29,004 nucleotides of DNA, from NCBI GenBank assembly GCA_016840855.1, contig JAEORO010000075.1, forward strand, positions 1 through 29,004, written 5' to 3'. Below, in pieces: positions 26,593 through 29,004 of this stretch; within the stretch, counting starts at the first letter, position 1; each line of letters starts with the position of its first letter. Below the pieces are notes generated by a model. It worked only from the letters and a program-made list of their open reading frames with translations. It had not been told where the DNA came from and did not search any database. Made by a program: the position numbers and the translations under genes. The DNA comes from Candidatus Thorarchaeota archaeon (GTDB lineage: Archaea; Asgardarchaeota; Thorarchaeia; Thorarchaeales; Thorarchaeaceae).

Positions 26593-27795
26593 TTGACTAA
26601 AACCAGTGAAATTTCAGGTTTCGCCAAACCTGAGTTTGAGGCTGTTCGAGAAGCATTTGTTGAGAACTTCGAACTCCGTAATGAGCTTGGTGCTGCTTGT
26701 TGCATTTATCACCGAGGAGAAAAAGTAGTCGACCTGTGGGGCGGCATCAGGAATGAAGCTACTGGAGAGCCTTGGGAAGAAGATACCATGGTACTCGTTT
26801 GGTCAACCACGAAGGGATTATCAGCTCTTGCGATGGCGCTTGCGCACTCGCACGGATTATTTGACTACGATGAGCCTGTTTCAAAGTATTGGCCAGAGTT
26901 TGCCCAACATGGTAAGGAAAATATCACCGTTCGACAATTATTCGCACATCAATCTGGATTAGTTGCATTCGATGAACTGGGTGATAAGGAAGTCGTGGCT
27001 GACCTCAACCGCTTAGCAGTGGTCCTAGCAAAACAAAAACCAGCTTGGGAGCCGGGGACACGACATGGATACCATGCCCTAACTCTAGGATTCTACCAGA
27101 GTGAGCTTTTACGCCATGTTGACCCCAAGGGTCGTAGCCTAGGACAATATTTTCAGGATGAAATCGCTACCCCGCTAGGTCTTGACTTCTACATTCGACT
27201 TCCTGAAGATATTCCGAATTCTAGACTTGCTGTTCTAAGTGCACCAAAATTTGGCCTTTCAGCTATGCGCACTGCGCCGGTCAGGTTCATTCTTGCAGCG
27301 ATTAATCCGCGATCAATGGCTCGTCGTGCGTTAGTGGGAACTGAGTTTTGTCTGGACGAAAATCGTATCTATGCTCGAAATTATGAGGTTCCTTCTGGAG
27401 GAGGAGTTGGAACAGCTCGTGCAATCGCTCATGCATACGGTGTCTTCGCAGCAGGCGGAAAGGAGCTTGGTATCAGAGAGGACACACTCGAAAAACTAAA
27501 GGCACCACCAGTAGTGCCCTCGAAAGGATTTCGAGATGTAGCTTTGAAAACAGATACGTGTTACTCTCTTGGTTTTTCGAGGTCTCTTCCAAAAGACCCA
27601 TTCGGTTCTCCTAGCGCATATGGTATGCCTGGTACTGGAGGTTCATTCGGTTTCGCGGATCCAAAATATGAATTAGGATATGGATATGTTCTGAATGGAT
27701 TTGGAACTTCATTTCCAACAGACCCAAGAAGCGATGCTCTAGTTGCTGCAATGTATCACTCCATTGGTGTGACCGACTTACACCAGGAATTTTGA
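26593..27795 (+). CDS. Beta-lactamase-like serine hydrolase (class C/family VIII esterase type)
   Basis: VVDLWGG, SxxK (WSTTKG), YWPEF, LFAHQSGL, PAWEPGTRHGYHA, GTGGSFGFADP. SD AGGTGA. Confidence 0.95.
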   Translation: MTKTSEISGFAKPEFEAVREAFVENFELRNELGAACCIYHRGEKVVDLWGGIRNEATGEPWEEDTMVLVWSTTKGLSALAMALAHSHGLFDYDEPVSKYWPEFAQHGKENITVRQLFAHQSGLVAFDELGDKEVVADLNRLAVVLAKQKPAWEPGTRHGYHALTLGFYQSELLRHVDPKGRSLGQYFQDEIATPLGLDFYIRLPEDIPNSRLAVLSAPKFGLSAMRTAPVRFILAAINPRSMARRALVGTEFCLDENRIYARNYEVPSGGGVGTARAIAHAYGVFAAGGKELGIREDTLEKLKAPPVVPSKGFRDVALKTDTCYSLGFSRSLPKDPFGSPSAYGMPGTGGSFGFADPKYELGYGYVLNGFGTSFPTDPRSDALVAAMYHSIGVTDLHQEF

Positions 27796-27830
27796 GAGAG
27801 ACCCCTAGCTGGCATTTGGCGGGATTGGAA

Positions 27831-28496
27831 ATGGCAGAAAATAGAACCATGTTGAAAAAGTTCTTACTCGCATGTGGTTTCCTCTCATCGCTCCTCTATG
27901 TCTGTACGGACATATTCGGAGGGTTATTTTGGGGGAACTACGATTTTACCTCTCAATATATCAGTGAGCTAGGTGCCATTGGGTCTCCCTCTAGACCATT
28001 CGTCATTCCACTTTATGTCATGTATGAGGTTTTAGTAGCTGCGTTCGGATTAGGCATCTGGAATTATTCATATAGGAATTCCGTCATACATTTCTTAGGA
28101 TGCATTCTAATCGGGTACATGTTCATTGGTTTAATTGGATTGTTTTTCCCAATGAATCCATATGAACCCGGGACTTCACTCACTAATGTCGTACATCAAA
28201 TTTTTGCAGGTGTGACTATAATCTTCATTCTGTTATCAATAGTAATTGCAGCAACAGCAATGGGAAAGCAATTTCGTTTCTTTTCGATTGGAGTAGTCTT
28301 CGTATATCTTGTTCTTGGTGCTCTACCATTCTTGGGTGTTGCTCAGGTTGAGGCTGGTGAGCCAACGCCTTGGGTCGGACTTGTAGAGCGAATCATGGTT
28401 TATGGGTACATGCTTTGGGTGGCTGTGCTATCCATTGATCTTTTGCGCGTAGATAAAGAGTCAAGGCAGATTGCTAAATGGAACCTGAACCCTTGA
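27831..28496 (+). CDS. DUF998-like membrane protein
   Basis: Y....QYISELGAIGSP, FFPM, TNVVH and WVGLVERI motifs; ~6 TM. Start revised to ATG 27831 (or 27849). Confidence 0.82.
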   Translation: MAENRTMLKKFLLACGFLSSLLYVCTDIFGGLFWGNYDFTSQYISELGAIGSPSRPFVIPLYVMYEVLVAAFGLGIWNYSYRNSVIHFLGCILIGYMFIGLIGLFFPMNPYEPGTSLTNVVHQIFAGVTIIFILLSIVIAATAMGKQFRFFSIGVVFVYLVLGALPFLGVAQVEAGEPTPWVGLVERIMVYGYMLWVAVLSIDLLRVDKESRQIAKWNLNP

Positions 28497-28545
28497 GTCA
28501 GCTAAGACTTCTCTGAATTGGATATTCATTAGTCTATTGCATGAG

Positions 28546-28998
28546 CTAGGCATTTTTATTGCCAAATAGCTCCTTTCCTGAAATCGCGGATGCGAGTATA
28601 ATCAGGGTAGTCATTAGGATGTAAGCCATATATGGGATGTTGAAACCAAGTACGGGAAAAGTCTGAACAAGCTCCATGACGCAGATAATGACAGAACTGA
28701 TCGTAGCGAGAATCCATCCCTCTCTCGAGTCGTTCCAGAATATCAAGTAGACCATGTATAGAATGAATAGCTCCACAATCAGAACAGCAATCCCCATCAT
28801 ACGGATGTGCTCTGAGAATAGGTATGCCAAATTAGGGTACATACTAATCAACTCTTCCCAAGTTAGCTCGCTGAATGCGAGATCATCAAGAAGCAACGAG
28901 CCCATAATGAAATAGGTTGCGTAGATCGTGATATGAATCACGACTGTGAATGCCCGAAAGAAAAGGGCAACCTTGTTGGAGACTGTTGATCGGTCCAT
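28546..28998 (-). CDS. Hypothetical 4-TM membrane protein
   Basis: 150 aa with four hydrophobic segments and no recognisable motif. Confidence 0.7.
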   Translation of the reverse strand: MDRSTVSNKVALFFRAFTVVIHITIYATYFIMGSLLLDDLAFSELTWEELISMYPNLAYLFSEHIRMMGIAVLIVELFILYMVYLIFWNDSREGWILATISSVIICVMELVQTFPVLGFNIPYMAYILMTTLIILASAISGKELFGNKNA

Positions 28999-29004
28999 TT
29001 TTCG

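Noticed and set aside
26593-27795. True beta-lactam resistance gene
   Set aside because: No signal peptide, and it lacks the canonical YxN and KTG motifs. It fits cytoplasmic esterases better.
27792-27830. Track TTG start for the DUF998 gene
   Set aside because: The extension looks non-homologous. ATG 27831 or 27849 better matches the family N-terminus.
302-27850. Many short antisense or alternate-frame ORFs in the track (e.g. 865..1365, 2927..3211, 18603..19055, 25888..26283)
   Set aside because: They are shadows of well-supported genes and have no motifs or SD support.

Overview
Gene-dense archaeal chromosomal window. It is most likely from an Asgard archaeon (Thorarchaeia-like), inferred from the 22-aa LRR paralogues, a membrane-anchored NosD/beta-helix protein, CofE, TATA-box promoters and GGAGG/GGTGA-type SD sites; no marker gene is present to confirm this. 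I found no rRNA, tRNA, CRISPR array or transposase. Recognisable genes: adenine deaminase, class I SAM methyltransferase, ECF S-component plus cofE, S9 peptidase, CcdA plus TlpA-like redoxin, tusA, flavodoxin, a beta-lactamase-like serine hydrolase and DUF998. The most interesting parts are: (1) a PadR-HAAS-NfeD-flotillin cluster resembling an envelope-stress (PSP-like) locus, whose NfeD carries a 113-aa His/Asp tract, divergent from YbjN, bPH and LRR genes; (2) a second PadR with three tandem ATGT-N8-ACAT-type operators and a small partner carrying the same heptad helix as the PadR tail; (3) a Cys-rich gene with an apparent ACG start that the ORF track truncates; (4) two coupled membrane proteins sharing a zinc-ribbon + B-box module in mirrored positions, divergent from a CYSTM-like gene cut by the window edge; (5) an E2-acyltransferase-like protein lacking its catalytic His and Asp. 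All family calls come from motif recognition by eye, not database searches.
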